DNA from: an archaeon
GTDB lineage: Archaea > B1Sed10-29 > JAJSAI01
DNA length: 64,000 nt
NCBI GenBank assembly: GCA_024274695.1
Contig: JAJSAI010000019.1
Span: 1 to 64,000, forward strand
Direction: 5' to 3'
The notes beneath the pieces were generated by a model. It searched no databases, was not told the DNA's origin, and saw only the letters and a program-made list of their open reading frames with translations. Position numbers and translations under genes: made by a program. Positions 8,974-18,611 of this stretch are shown here, piece after piece. The first letter of the stretch is position 1. Every line of letters starts with the position of its first letter.

Positions 8974-11900
8974 ATGGCGCGCTTGGCCACACTGCTGTTA
9001 GTGTTACTCGTCCTGTCAACAGCAGGACTTCCCTGGTCGAACAACTGGCCGATGTTCAAGCATGACCTCACGAGAACAGGCCGCAACCTAGGAGCAGGGC
9101 CCCTGTCTCCTCACCTGATCTGGAAGTATGCTACTGACAGCGGGGTCTTTACAGGGTCTTATTCTTCTCCTGCGGTCGTGGACAACATAGTCTACGTGGG
9201 GTCCAACAACGGCTCGTTCTACGCGATCTACGCGAACAACGGTAGTCTGCTCTGGACGTACGTCACAGGGGGAGACATAGACTCGTCCCCGGCGGTCTCT
9301 AACGGGATAGTGTACTTCGGGTCATGGGACGGCAACGTTTACGCCTTGAACGCGAGCACGGGAGCCAAGATATGGAACTACACCACGATCAGCAGTAACA
9401 GCATAGTCTACTCTTCTCCCGCAGTCTATAACGGAATCGTGTACATTGGGGCGAATGACAACAACACGTACGCTCTTAACGCCAGCACTGGAGTCAAGAT
9501 ATGGAACTACTCCACCGGAGACATAATCAGGTCTTCTCCGGCGGTGTACAATGGAGTGGTCTACGTCGGGTCAGTTGACTACAACGTTTACGCTCTTAAC
9601 GCGAGTACAGGAGCGAAAATATGGAACTATACCACTGGAGGGATAATAGACCAGTCCTCTCCAGCCATTGCGGACGGCGTGCTGTACATCGGCTCCAACG
9701 ACTACAACGTTTACGCCTTGAACGTGAGCACCGGAGTGAGGATATGGAACTATTCTACCGGCGGAAGCATTCAGTCCTCTCCCACCGTGGCGGGAGGTGT
9801 TGTCTACGTGGGCTCAGGAGACAACAACCTGTACGCCTTGAACGCGACTACTGGTGCCAAGATCTGGAACTACACAACCGGAGGGAGCGTTGACTCATCC
9901 CCTGCTGTTGTCAACGGAGTTGTGTACTTCGGTTCAGGGGACAACAAAATCTATGCCTTGAACGCCAGTACGGGAGCGGTCATCTGGGTTTACACTACTG
10001 GAAATTCTGTGTGGTCGTCTCCTGCTGTTGTGAACGGCGCGCTCTACGTCGGGTCATACGACAATTACTTGTACGCTGTAGGCACTGACGTTTATGTTGA
10101 CAGGTGCACTCCACTCAACATTTCAGGAGTCACGTATCACCTTGTTGCAAACCTCTCCAGCGTCCAGGGATCGTGCTTCAGTCCCGCTAACGACACCGTG
10201 CTGGACTGCGGAGGGAACAGAATAGAAGGAGACGGCACTGGTTTGGACGCTGGAATAAAGCTTGCTTCCAGGAACAATGTTACAATCAGAAACTGTAACG
10301 TTTCACTGTTTGAGACAGGGATTCACGTCCAAGATTCCAACAACGTTGTGGTGGAGGACAGTGAGAGCAGGGACTGTAAGTCAGCGTTCGGGTCGTGCAA
10401 GGTCTTTTACCTTTACGCTTCCAAGAACGTTAGCATCTCGGACTCAAGCCTTTACAACGGAGAAGCTAGCCTTCAGGCCAACCCTTCGGGAGGAGGATAC
10501 AACCTTTCAGCCAACAACCTGTACGGGTACAATGTCTCACTATACCTTTCAGGAGACAATTCCACCACCATATCCGGCCTGAACCTCACAGGAGACAGCA
10601 AGCTCAGTTTCTCGTCACAGGTAGACGAGCTAAGGTTCAATGTCCAGAACTCCTACATTAACGGAAAACCAATATATTGGATAAAGAACAAGAACGGGTA
10701 CAGCGTCCCGGCGGACGCGGGCGTTGTTGGGATAATAGACTCTTCTAACGTGAACGCTTCAGGCCTTGTCCTGGACAAGAACAAGGAGTACTCTCTCGTC
10801 ATAGGAAACTCTTCCTACATTAACCTTGTGTCCCTCACCCTGGCGAACACCACAATCCTTGTTACAGACTATTCCAACAACATTTCGGTGTCAGGCTCCA
10901 CTTTTGACAACGCCAGCTTCTCCGTCAGCAACAGCGTAAGCAATGCTTACAACATAACCGTAGAAAGCTCCTCCTTTTATGTTGACGGCAATGCTGACAC
11001 TTGGAACACCGCAGTGGAAGACGGGGGTTGCATGGCGTACGGTTTCAGCGTCTCCAATGTTAACATCACGATGGTGAATGACGCTACAGGAGTTTACTAC
11101 TGTACTGACGGTTCCATGACCCTGTCAAACGTTAGGATCACAGGAACGGGAAGAGGGATTGATATTGACGGTGATCCATCATATCCCGCGGTCACGCTGT
11201 CCCAGGTTACTGATTCATCATCAGTAGGGGTAAGATTCCTTAGCCCGGCGGTGATAGATGGAACCAACTTCTCAAAACTGTATTCTTACGCGACCGTGAA
11301 CATATCAAACGCAGTATCCGGATTTTTCCAGGCAGGGGACCAGTTCACTCCTGGCACGATAAACCTACTGTCCAACACGAGCCTTGACGGAGTCGGAATG
11401 ACCGGCTCTCTTGTGAACAAGACAGTCTACAAGGTCTCAAGCCCGCCGGCAGGATACCCTGCTGACGCGAACAAGAGCATCAGCAAGTACGTGAACATCA
11501 CGAACAACACAGCGTTCTACGGAGTGTTTTCTTTCAGGATGTACTATTCCAGTTCTGATCTTGTCGCCGTGAACGAAAGCACCCTGCGGTGTTACTGGTA
11601 TAATGAGTCTTCTGGCGCGTGGGAGAATGTTAGTGCCTCGAGCGTGAACACGGCTGAGAATTATGTTGAGTGTAACACCACTCACTTCAGCGTTTTCGGG
11701 GTTTTCGGCCAGGCCCTGCCTGACAATCCTCCGAGCGTCACGCTAAGCTCTCCCTCTGACGGCGCGACGGTGCAGCCCGGGAACATCACGTTCACGTACG
11801 TTCCCTCTGACGATTACGGGCTCGTGAACTGTACGCTCTGGGCTAACTTCTCCGGATCATGGCAGGCTAATCAGACGGACACGAGCCCGGTTAACGGGAC

Positions 11901-12144
11901 CGCGAACAATTTCACGGTCTCAGGATTGTCTGAAGGAGTCTACACATGGAACGTGCAGTGCTACGACAACAGGGGACAGGAAGGCTGGGCGTCCAGCAAC
12001 TACACCCTGACCGTCAGCTCTCAGGCAGGCCAGGTGTCCGGCGCTGTCAGTGTCGTGAGCGCTCCGGGAACAGATCTCTCAGTGGTTATTCTTTTGTTCG
12101 CGGCAGCCATTCTGCTCCTGGCCAGTACCGGGCAAATAAAATAA
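8974..12144 (+). CDS. Cell-surface glycoprotein: PQQ/BamB-like beta-propeller, parallel beta-helix, Ig-like domains and C-terminal TM anchor
   Basis: Signal peptide, WPMFKHD..RTG start, repeated SSPAV..G.VY.GS.D..VYALNASTG.KIW, many N-x-S/T sequons, hydrophobic C-terminus. Confidence 0.88.
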   Translation: MARLATLLLVLLVLSTAGLPWSNNWPMFKHDLTRTGRNLGAGPLSPHLIWKYATDSGVFTGSYSSPAVVDNIVYVGSNNGSFYAIYANNGSLLWTYVTGGDIDSSPAVSNGIVYFGSWDGNVYALNASTGAKIWNYTTISSNSIVYSSPAVYNGIVYIGANDNNTYALNASTGVKIWNYSTGDIIRSSPAVYNGVVYVGSVDYNVYALNASTGAKIWNYTTGGIIDQSSPAIADGVLYIGSNDYNVYALNVSTGVRIWNYSTGGSIQSSPTVAGGVVYVGSGDNNLYALNATTGAKIWNYTTGGSVDSSPAVVNGVVYFGSGDNKIYALNASTGAVIWVYTTGNSVWSSPAVVNGALYVGSYDNYLYAVGTDVYVDRCTPLNISGVTYHLVANLSSVQGSCFSPANDTVLDCGGNRIEGDGTGLDAGIKLASRNNVTIRNCNVSLFETGIHVQDSNNVVVEDSESRDCKSAFGSCKVFYLYASKNVSISDSSLYNGEASLQANPSGGGYNLSANNLYGYNVSLYLSGDNSTTISGLNLTGDSKLSFSSQVDELRFNVQNSYINGKPIYWIKNKNGYSVPADAGVVGIIDSSNVNASGLVLDKNKEYSLVIGNSSYINLVSLTLANTTILVTDYSNNISVSGSTFDNASFSVSNSVSNAYNITVESSSFYVDGNADTWNTAVEDGGCMAYGFSVSNVNITMVNDATGVYYCTDGSMTLSNVRITGTGRGIDIDGDPSYPAVTLSQVTDSSSVGVRFLSPAVIDGTNFSKLYSYATVNISNAVSGFFQAGDQFTPGTINLLSNTSLDGVGMTGSLVNKTVYKVSSPPAGYPADANKSISKYVNITNNTAFYGVFSFRMYYSSSDLVAVNESTLRCYWYNESSGAWENVSASSVNTAENYVECNTTHFSVFGVFGQALPDNPPSVTLSSPSDGATVQPGNITFTYVPSDDYGLVNCTLWANFSGSWQANQTDTSPVNGTANNFTVSGLSEGVYTWNVQCYDNRGQEGWASSNYTLTVSSQAGQVSGAVSVVSAPGTDLSVVILLFAAAILLLASTGQIK
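9120..10083 (+). repeat. About eight imperfect tandem ~120-nt coding repeats (beta-propeller blades)
   Basis: Recurring tacgccttgaacgcgag / atatggaactac units with ~40-aa periodicity. Confidence 0.85.
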
Positions 12145-12226
12145 ATACCTTGAACTCCTTTTCTTCTTCTAGTAGGAATACCAGACTCTCCTGAAATGAG
12201 GGAACTGGTTTAGAGGGCGATGCGCT

Positions 12227-12769
12227 TTGCCTGTCCGGAGGAGAAAAAGAACGTTCAAGAATCTTCCTGGGTATGACGAGGAAGGGACAGTCCGCCTGCG
12301 AGAGCAGGTTTTCCGGGACCTGGTGGACAGTGGCGTCAGCCCAGAAAAAGCCAGGAGAATGGTCTGGCAGGCGTTCGAGTCAACCGTGAAGCTGAAAAAA
12401 CCAGGGGCTGGCGAGGGCCTTCCTGAGAAAAAGAAGGAGTACAACGAGCTAGTGCGCGCGATGAAGAGGGAGAGGTCAAGGCTCAAGAGGCTGCTGAAGG
12501 ACGTCTCGTCCGAAGAGCGTAAGAGAGCGCTCGTGAGAGAGCTTGTCATCCTCTCCAACGCGATAGAAGAAGCGGAGTACAAGCACGTGCGGGCTATTGA
12601 AAAAGAAAGCGTTCCTCTGGACGAGAGGATAAAAACCTTTGACCGGCTTTTCAAGAACGCCACCTCAGACAAGTTCTACGACGAAAAAGAAGCCAGCTTT
12701 TACAAGGAGTACCGGGATTTTCTCAAGGAACTGAAGGAATGGCTTGAGGAAAAGGAAGGGGGAGAATGA
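12227..12769 (+). CDS. Hypothetical K/E/R-rich protein
   Basis: TTG start after a GAGGG-like SD; 4-nt overlap with dtdA; no known motif. Confidence 0.65.
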   Translation: MPVRRRKRTFKNLPGYDEEGTVRLREQVFRDLVDSGVSPEKARRMVWQAFESTVKLKKPGAGEGLPEKKKEYNELVRAMKRERSRLKRLLKDVSSEERKRALVRELVILSNAIEEAEYKHVRAIEKESVPLDERIKTFDRLFKNATSDKFYDEKEASFYKEYRDFLKELKEWLEEKEGGE

Positions 12770-13539
12770 ACGCGATCGTGTGCTCTGTCAAGGATCCTGC
12801 AGGAATGAGAATATTCGATTTCCTCACGCAGACAGAGTTCTCTCCTTCTGACGACAGGTGGGAGGGCATGACAGTCTACGAGAACGGCAGGGGATGGATT
12901 CTGGTCAGGACAGAAAGCGAGCTCGTGTACGCTGACAACCTGAATGATCTTGATGTTGAAAGAATTGTTTTCGCCAGCAAGCACGCTGCTGTTTCAGGAA
13001 AGCCCACGCTCACGACCCACGTTAACGGGAACTTCGGGCCAGCGGACTACGGCGGCAGGCCAGCCGAGCTGGCGGCGGCTGACGCGCTCACCGAGCTCAA
13101 CATCTTCCTGCAGCTCTCACAGGATCCTCCCAGGGGGTATGAAGTGTCCCTGGAGGCAACGCATCACGGGCCGGCTCTCGACATCCCCTCCTGCTGGGTA
13201 GAGCTCGGGTCGGCCCCTGAACAGTGGAAGGATGAGAGAGCGGCAGAATATCTTGCTAACGCGATACTCGAGGGCATCAGGTCAAAGGAAACCGCTCCAG
13301 TTGCAGTGGGCGTCGGCGGAGGGCACTACTGTCCAAAGCTCACTCCCCGCGAGGGAGAGTACGCCTTCGGTCACATTTGCCCAAAGTACGCAATAGATTA
13401 TCTTGACGAGAACACCGCGGGCCAGATGATCGGACGAACAGTCCCGAACCCTGAGTATCTTGTTGTTGACACGCAGGGAGTAAAACAGAAGACCCGAATC
13501 CTTTCACTGTTCGAGGGCATTGACGTGATTATGGTTTGA
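12766..13539 (+). CDS. dtdA: D-aminoacyl-tRNA deacylase (archaeal DTD2)
   Basis: DPAG, FASKH..SGKPTLTTH..GN, EATHHGP, VELGS...W, GVGGGHY, GHICPKY. Confidence 0.92.
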   Translation: MNAIVCSVKDPAGMRIFDFLTQTEFSPSDDRWEGMTVYENGRGWILVRTESELVYADNLNDLDVERIVFASKHAAVSGKPTLTTHVNGNFGPADYGGRPAELAAADALTELNIFLQLSQDPPRGYEVSLEATHHGPALDIPSCWVELGSAPEQWKDERAAEYLANAILEGIRSKETAPVAVGVGGGHYCPKLTPREGEYAFGHICPKYAIDYLDENTAGQMIGRTVPNPEYLVVDTQGVKQKTRILSLFEGIDVIMV

Positions 13540-13580
13540 CGTTCACCGTGGAAAATGGTTTTATAGGAAAGCAGCTTCCT

Positions 13581-14363
13581 ATGACGAGGATGGACTTGAG
13601 GCAGACCGCCTGCAGGGTCAGGGCAAAGGCCCTAAGGGCAATAACCCGAGCTGGTTCAGGACATCCCGGAGGCTCCCTATCCTGCGCAGACCTGCTTGTT
13701 TTCTTGTACTTCGAGTGGATGAAACCGGTGGACGAGTTCATACTCTCGAAAGGTCATGCGGCCCCAGCATTGTACGCAGTGCTGGCAGAAAAAGGAGTGA
13801 TAAAAGAAAAGGAGCTTGAAGGACTCAGGAAACCGTGGTCCAGGCTGCAGGGTCATCCTAACCGGAAGACTCTTCCCCTGCTTCCCGTTTCCACAGGAAG
13901 TCTTGGTCACGGACTGGCAGTCGGGACGGGTATCGCGCTAGCAAAAAAACTTGACAAGAGTCCTGCGAGGGTCTTCGTGATGCTCGGGGACGGCGAGCTT
14001 GATGAGGGGGAAGTATGGGAGGCGCTCGCCCTCGCGGGCCACAAAAATCTTGATAACCTCATCGCCGTTGTGGACAGGAACAACCTTCAGCTTGACGGCC
14101 GCACTGAGGAAATTCTCTCGCTGGAGCCCCTGAAGGAAAAAATCTCGTCATTCAAGTGGGCTGTCACAGAATGTGATGGGCACGATTTCGAGAGCATAAG
14201 AAGAGCGTTCTCAGAACCGCACCCTGGCAGGCCATTGTGCGTGATAGCCAGGACTGTGAAGGGAAAAGGTGTTTCGTTCATGGAAGGCAATCCCGCGTAC
14301 CACGGGAAGCCTCTGACAGAAGAAGAACTGGAGAGGGCATTGGATGAGATTAGACTCTGCTAG
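13581..14363 (+). CDS. Transketolase, N-terminal (TPP-binding) subunit
   Basis: SGHPGGSLS, LSKGHAAPALY, LQGHP, TGSLGHG, GDGELDEG..WEA, TVKGKG. Start uncertain. Confidence 0.93.
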   Translation: MTRMDLRQTACRVRAKALRAITRAGSGHPGGSLSCADLLVFLYFEWMKPVDEFILSKGHAAPALYAVLAEKGVIKEKELEGLRKPWSRLQGHPNRKTLPLLPVSTGSLGHGLAVGTGIALAKKLDKSPARVFVMLGDGELDEGEVWEALALAGHKNLDNLIAVVDRNNLQLDGRTEEILSLEPLKEKISSFKWAVTECDGHDFESIRRAFSEPHPGRPLCVIARTVKGKGVSFMEGNPAYHGKPLTEEELERALDEIRLC

Positions 14364-15282
14364 GAAAGCGTACGCTGAAGAGCTTGTCAGGATAGGAGAG
14401 GAGGATGAGAGGGTAGTGGTGCTTGATGCTGATCTGAGTTCCAGCACGGGCACCAGAGAGTTCGGGAAAATGTTTCCTGACAGGTTCTTTAACGTGGGAG
14501 TTGCCGAGCAGTGCCTGGTGGACGTGGCCGCAGGCCTTGCCGTATCAGGAAAAACCGTTTTCGCAAGCTCTTTCGCGATGTTCCTTGCGGGAAGAGCGTT
14601 CGAGCAAGTCAGGAACACTGTAGCACACGATCACCTGAACGTGAAGCTCGTGGCCACTCACGCGGGGATAACAGTGGGGGAGGACGGGTCAAGCCACCAG
14701 TGCGTTGAGGACCTCGCCCTGATGAGGGCAGTACCAGGAATGAGGGTTATCGCCCCAGCTGACCCTGAAGAAACGAGGCAGGCTGTCAGGACCGCGCACT
14801 CAGAAGAAGGCCCGTTCTACCTGAGAATCCCAAGACCAAAGGTACCCGTAATTTTTGACAGCTCGCATGAGTTCAGATTAGGGAAGGTGTACGTTGTCAG
14901 GGACGGAAGCGATCTCACGATCGCGAGCACGGGAATGATGTTGTACAATTCTCTGGAGACAGCCAATGCCCTTGAAAAGGAAGGCTATTCTGTGAGGGTA
15001 TTGCACGTCCCCACCCTAAAGCCAGTCACAAAAACAGAGATAGTGAAAGCAGCTTCAGAGACCGGAACAATATTCACAATCGAGGATCATAATGTGATCG
15101 GAGGGCTTGGGTCCCTCGTCACAGAAATAGTTTCGAAACACAGGCCCTGCCAGGTCCACAGGTTCGGAATCCCTGATGTTTTCGGAAGATCAGGCAAACA
15201 CGATCTCCTTCTCGAGGAATTCGGCCTGTCTCCTGACAGGCTGCGCAACAGGATAAAAAAGATTTTGGAGGAGAGAGTATGA
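14344..15282 (+). CDS. Transketolase, C-terminal subunit
   Basis: DADLSSST, NVGVAEQ, GEDGSSHQ, EDHNVIGGLG. Confidence 0.93.
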   Translation: MRLDSARKAYAEELVRIGEEDERVVVLDADLSSSTGTREFGKMFPDRFFNVGVAEQCLVDVAAGLAVSGKTVFASSFAMFLAGRAFEQVRNTVAHDHLNVKLVATHAGITVGEDGSSHQCVEDLALMRAVPGMRVIAPADPEETRQAVRTAHSEEGPFYLRIPRPKVPVIFDSSHEFRLGKVYVVRDGSDLTIASTGMMLYNSLETANALEKEGYSVRVLHVPTLKPVTKTEIVKAASETGTIFTIEDHNVIGGLGSLVTEIVSKHRPCQVHRFGIPDVFGRSGKHDLLLEEFGLSPDRLRNRIKKILEERV

Positions 15283-15923
15283 AAATCTTCCTTGACACCG
15301 CGAACCCGGAAGAAATAAGAAAGGCTTGTGACACGGGCCTTGTTGATGGGATCACCACGAACCCCACGCTTGCCAGCAGGGAGGACAAGCCCTTCCAGGA
15401 ACTAATAAAAGAGATACTAGACATCGTCAATGGCCCAGTGAGTGTTGAGGCAGTGTCACGCGATTCAGCCGGTATGGTGAGAGAGGCGAAAGGGTACTCC
15501 GACTGGGGAGAGAACGTTATTGTGAAGATCCCGATGACCGTGGAGGGAATGAAGGCAGTGAAAGCCCTCTCAAGGGAGGGAGTAAAAACTAACGTCACGC
15601 TGGTGTTCTCAGCCAACCAGGCTTTTCTGGCCGCGAAAGCAGGAGCAACATACGTTTCTCCTTTTTTAGGAAGGCTGGATGACAGGGGGCACTCTGGGAC
15701 CATTCTCCTGCAGGACATAATGCAAGTGTACAAGGCCAACGGGTTTGGCACGCAAGTGATTGCTGCAAGTGTCAGGAGCCCGACTCACGTGCTGCATGCC
15801 GCAAGGCTAGGAGTCCATGTGGCCACCCTGCCCCCGAGGGTGTTCTGGCAGTTGTTCGAACATCCTCTCACAAAAGAGGGTCTTGAAAAATTCGAGAGGG
15901 ACTGGCAGAAAGTAAAACCCTGA
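15279..15923 (+). CDS. tal: Transaldolase / fructose-6-phosphate aldolase family
   Basis: FLDTAN, GITTNPTL, VKIPMT, NVTLVFS, YVSPFLGR, AASVR. Confidence 0.92.
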   Translation: MKIFLDTANPEEIRKACDTGLVDGITTNPTLASREDKPFQELIKEILDIVNGPVSVEAVSRDSAGMVREAKGYSDWGENVIVKIPMTVEGMKAVKALSREGVKTNVTLVFSANQAFLAAKAGATYVSPFLGRLDDRGHSGTILLQDIMQVYKANGFGTQVIAASVRSPTHVLHAARLGVHVATLPPRVFWQLFEHPLTKEGLEKFERDWQKVKP

Positions 15924-15927
15924 CCTT

Positions 15928-16626
15928 TCATTTTATTCTCTTGTAAATGTATTTCGTGCGGTAAGACTTTTCTTCTTCCACCACCTTCTCCAGTTTTATT
16001 CTCTTGTCCCTTATCTTGTCGGGCTCCACGTCAGTGACTATGTACCCTCCCTTCTTTGTCGAGTCAACAACGTGCCTTATCGCCACTTCCCTCTCGTCCC
16101 TTGTCAGATAATGCTTTACGTTCAAGAACACGGTCACGTCCGCTTTCCTGCTAGGCACTGCAGTCACTATATCCATGCCCGCAAACTTCGCCTTTTCCCT
16201 GTACTTCTCAGGCTTTTGTTCTTCTGTCAGCCTTGCCTTGAACGGGTAGTAGTCGTAGCCCCAGTAGTCTACTCTCGCGCCGGTGTTCTCCAGCGCGTTT
16301 ATAAGCTCCCAGGGTTGTTTCGTCCTGCTCTTCCTGAACCCCGGCTCCCCGTACCCTATGTCATTAACGATTATCTTTTTCTTCCCTTGCAAGAGCTCTG
16401 CAAGTTCTCTGAAGGTTTTCGAGTGCCTTTTTGGGTATGTTGTTTCCCGTGGTGCAAGAAGCTCTTGCGAGAGGTCCTTTATCCCAGGAAGCCTTGCAGC
16501 GTTGCCCATGAGTTCTAGTTCTTCGCGGGACAGTTTTTCCCCAGCACTCCTTCTTGCTGCCAGAGTGTGATATCTGCGTTTCCAGGCTCTGAGTAGCATG
16601 ATTTCAACGTATTTTTTCCATCTCAT
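15928..16626 (-). CDS. Hypothetical protein, probable class I SAM-methyltransferase-like fold
   Basis: IVNDIGYG (motif I-like), YWGYDY, DVTVFLNVKHYL, STKKGGYIV. Confidence 0.55.
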   Translation of the reverse strand: MRWKKYVEIMLLRAWKRRYHTLAARRSAGEKLSREELELMGNAARLPGIKDLSQELLAPRETTYPKRHSKTFRELAELLQGKKKIIVNDIGYGEPGFRKSRTKQPWELINALENTGARVDYWGYDYYPFKARLTEEQKPEKYREKAKFAGMDIVTAVPSRKADVTVFLNVKHYLTRDEREVAIRHVVDSTKKGGYIVTDVEPDKIRDKRIKLEKVVEEEKSYRTKYIYKRIK

Positions 16627-17966
16627 ACTGTCATCTCCTTGCTCACCACTAATAAAAACTCTTCTAATTTTTCCTCTGGGATGGTGGCCCCTGCCGCGAT
16701 CCTGTGGCCTCCTCCCACACCTCCTGTTTTCTCGGCCGCGGCCCTCATTATTCTTCCCAGGTTCAGGCCGTTCCGCACCAGCGCCCAGGTGCCTCTGGCA
16801 CTGATTTTTATCATGCCTCCGTCGGTCCGGCTTCCTGCGAGCACGGGCTTGTTCAGGGGGATTATTCCTCCCTGCGCCATTCCCGCGACAGTGCCTATGA
16901 TCGTTTCAGGAATCTCGTCCGCCTCAAAATAGTAAAAGCTTCCCATGTCCTCGTACCCTTTTTCCTGCACGAGCTCTATACCGCGCCTCAGGTTCTCCCT
17001 ATGTTTTCTGAGCAATGCCAGGGCTCTTCTGGCGGTCTCCCCCCGTTCTCCCATGCAGATTCTTACTCCAAGGTCGTACGCTTGGTTCCTGCCGCACGCG
17101 TTGAGCAGGGTAGCGAACTCTTTGGCCTCGCTGAATACCGTGCGAGGTTCTTCCTTTGGGAGATCGTACACTTCCCCGATCAGGCTCTTGAGCAGGTCTT
17201 CTGGAACTCCTGCTGAAAGGGCTGTCTTGTAAAGCTCGGTGAAGAGAGCCGTCTTCTCCGCCTGGGACAGGTCGCAGTAGTACCTCCACTCGTCTCCTTG
17301 TTTGAGTCTTATCCCAGCCCTCCTTAGCAAGTCAAGACTGCCTCGCTCGCTCCCGCTAACCCCTGGAATGAAGGGATCGGTCGCGTAGAACAAGAACTGC
17401 ACCAGAGGCCTGCTGTTCCTGCCGAACAGCACCAGGTCTTTCTTGACCTCCACCTCCCCAGAATCCACAGCATCAAGCAACACAGTCCTGTTCATGCTGA
17501 CAAGACCAGTTCTCCTGTCCTGCATGTCTCCTACAGAGCCTATCACAGCAAGCTTGGCCACTTCCTTGCCAACGCCGAGCTCTCTCGCGACAAGATAGCA
17601 CGCGGTGCTCCCTGAAAACTCCTTGTCCCCATTATACCCCTCCTCGCGCGGGTTGTACTGGACTCCCTTCAGGACCCCGTTCGCCTGGTGGTGGTCTATG
17701 ACCGCGTACTCGTTCAAGAACTCGTTTATCATGCCCAGAGACCCTGACCCGAGGTCAACGAACACCGTTCTCCTGTCCTCCTCTTTCACTCTCTTCATGC
17801 TCTCTGGGTCAAGCTGTTTGACGCCCATGAACTTGTACTCCTTACCAAGTTTCTCGAGCGCCAGACCCAGGATCCCAGCCGAGCACAGGCCGTCCGCGTC
17901 GTGATGGTGCACAATAAGAAAACCGTCATTCTCGCGGATGAACCTGGCGACTTCCAGCAAGGGCAT
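16623..17966 (-). CDS. RecJ/GAN-like DHH family exonuclease
   Basis: HHDADG, VDLGSG, IDHH, GDMQD, LLNACGR, GGGHRIAAGA. Confidence 0.92.
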   Translation of the reverse strand: MPLLEVARFIRENDGFLIVHHHDADGLCSAGILGLALEKLGKEYKFMGVKQLDPESMKRVKEEDRRTVFVDLGSGSLGMINEFLNEYAVIDHHQANGVLKGVQYNPREEGYNGDKEFSGSTACYLVARELGVGKEVAKLAVIGSVGDMQDRRTGLVSMNRTVLLDAVDSGEVEVKKDLVLFGRNSRPLVQFLFYATDPFIPGVSGSERGSLDLLRRAGIRLKQGDEWRYYCDLSQAEKTALFTELYKTALSAGVPEDLLKSLIGEVYDLPKEEPRTVFSEAKEFATLLNACGRNQAYDLGVRICMGERGETARRALALLRKHRENLRRGIELVQEKGYEDMGSFYYFEADEIPETIIGTVAGMAQGGIIPLNKPVLAGSRTDGGMIKISARGTWALVRNGLNLGRIMRAAAEKTGGVGGGHRIAAGATIPEEKLEEFLLVVSKEMTV

Positions 17967-18075
17967 ACCAGAAATTATGGGTGGTAAATAATAAAATAAG
18001 AGGAGGTTTTCCCTTCACCAGGTCCGATGCCCTTAAATACTTTGCATTCCTCTTGACTAAGGAGGGTGGTTGTGA

Positions 18076-18603
18076 ATGCCTGCAAGGAAGAAGGGGGCTG
18101 TGAAAAGGGTTTTGAGAAAGCCTGACGTGGTGAAGGTAAGTCTTTCTCCGGAAGAAAAGCAAGCGGCCTTGAAGGAAACGTTTGACGTTCTTAATAGCCT
18201 GAAGAAGGAAGAGTTCAATCTTATCGCGAGCCTGGGCAAGCCGGGGGTTGACAGGAAGGCTGTCGAGCAGAGGCTCATGGAACTCAGCAAGGAGATAGAA
18301 TCTCTGAAGAAGACGATAACAGAAGCCCCGAGCCTAAGGTCAAAGACATTCCAGAAGGCCTTGGAGCCTCAGATAGGCTCGTTATTCGTGTCAAAGCCAG
18401 GGCGAGAAGGGTACGCGGAAGTCAAGCGGAACATGAACCAGATCCAGGACTTTATCAACAATGCGAAGGACATAATCACGAGCGGCAGGCTCGGTCCAGA
18501 GACACGGAAGAGCTTGAGCAAAATGATATCAGAGTACGAGAAACAGCTGGAAATCCTCAGAGAGTACGAGAAGAAGTACCTGAAAAGAAAAGGGTTGAGG
18601 TGA
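18076..18603 (+). CDS. Hypothetical K/E-rich coiled-coil protein
   Basis: Strong SD (AAGGAGGGTG) and TATA-like CTTAAATA upstream; no known motif. Confidence 0.75.
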   Translation: MPARKKGAVKRVLRKPDVVKVSLSPEEKQAALKETFDVLNSLKKEEFNLIASLGKPGVDRKAVEQRLMELSKEIESLKKTITEAPSLRSKTFQKALEPQIGSLFVSKPGREGYAEVKRNMNQIQDFINNAKDIITSGRLGPETRKSLSKMISEYEKQLEILREYEKKYLKRKGLR

Positions 18604-18611
18604 ATGGGTTT

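Noticed and set aside
9120-10083. Repeats as a CRISPR array or a DGR template/variable pair
   Set aside because: They are in-frame coding repeats with third-position divergence. There are no spacers, no adenine-specific pattern, and no cas or reverse transcriptase gene in the window.
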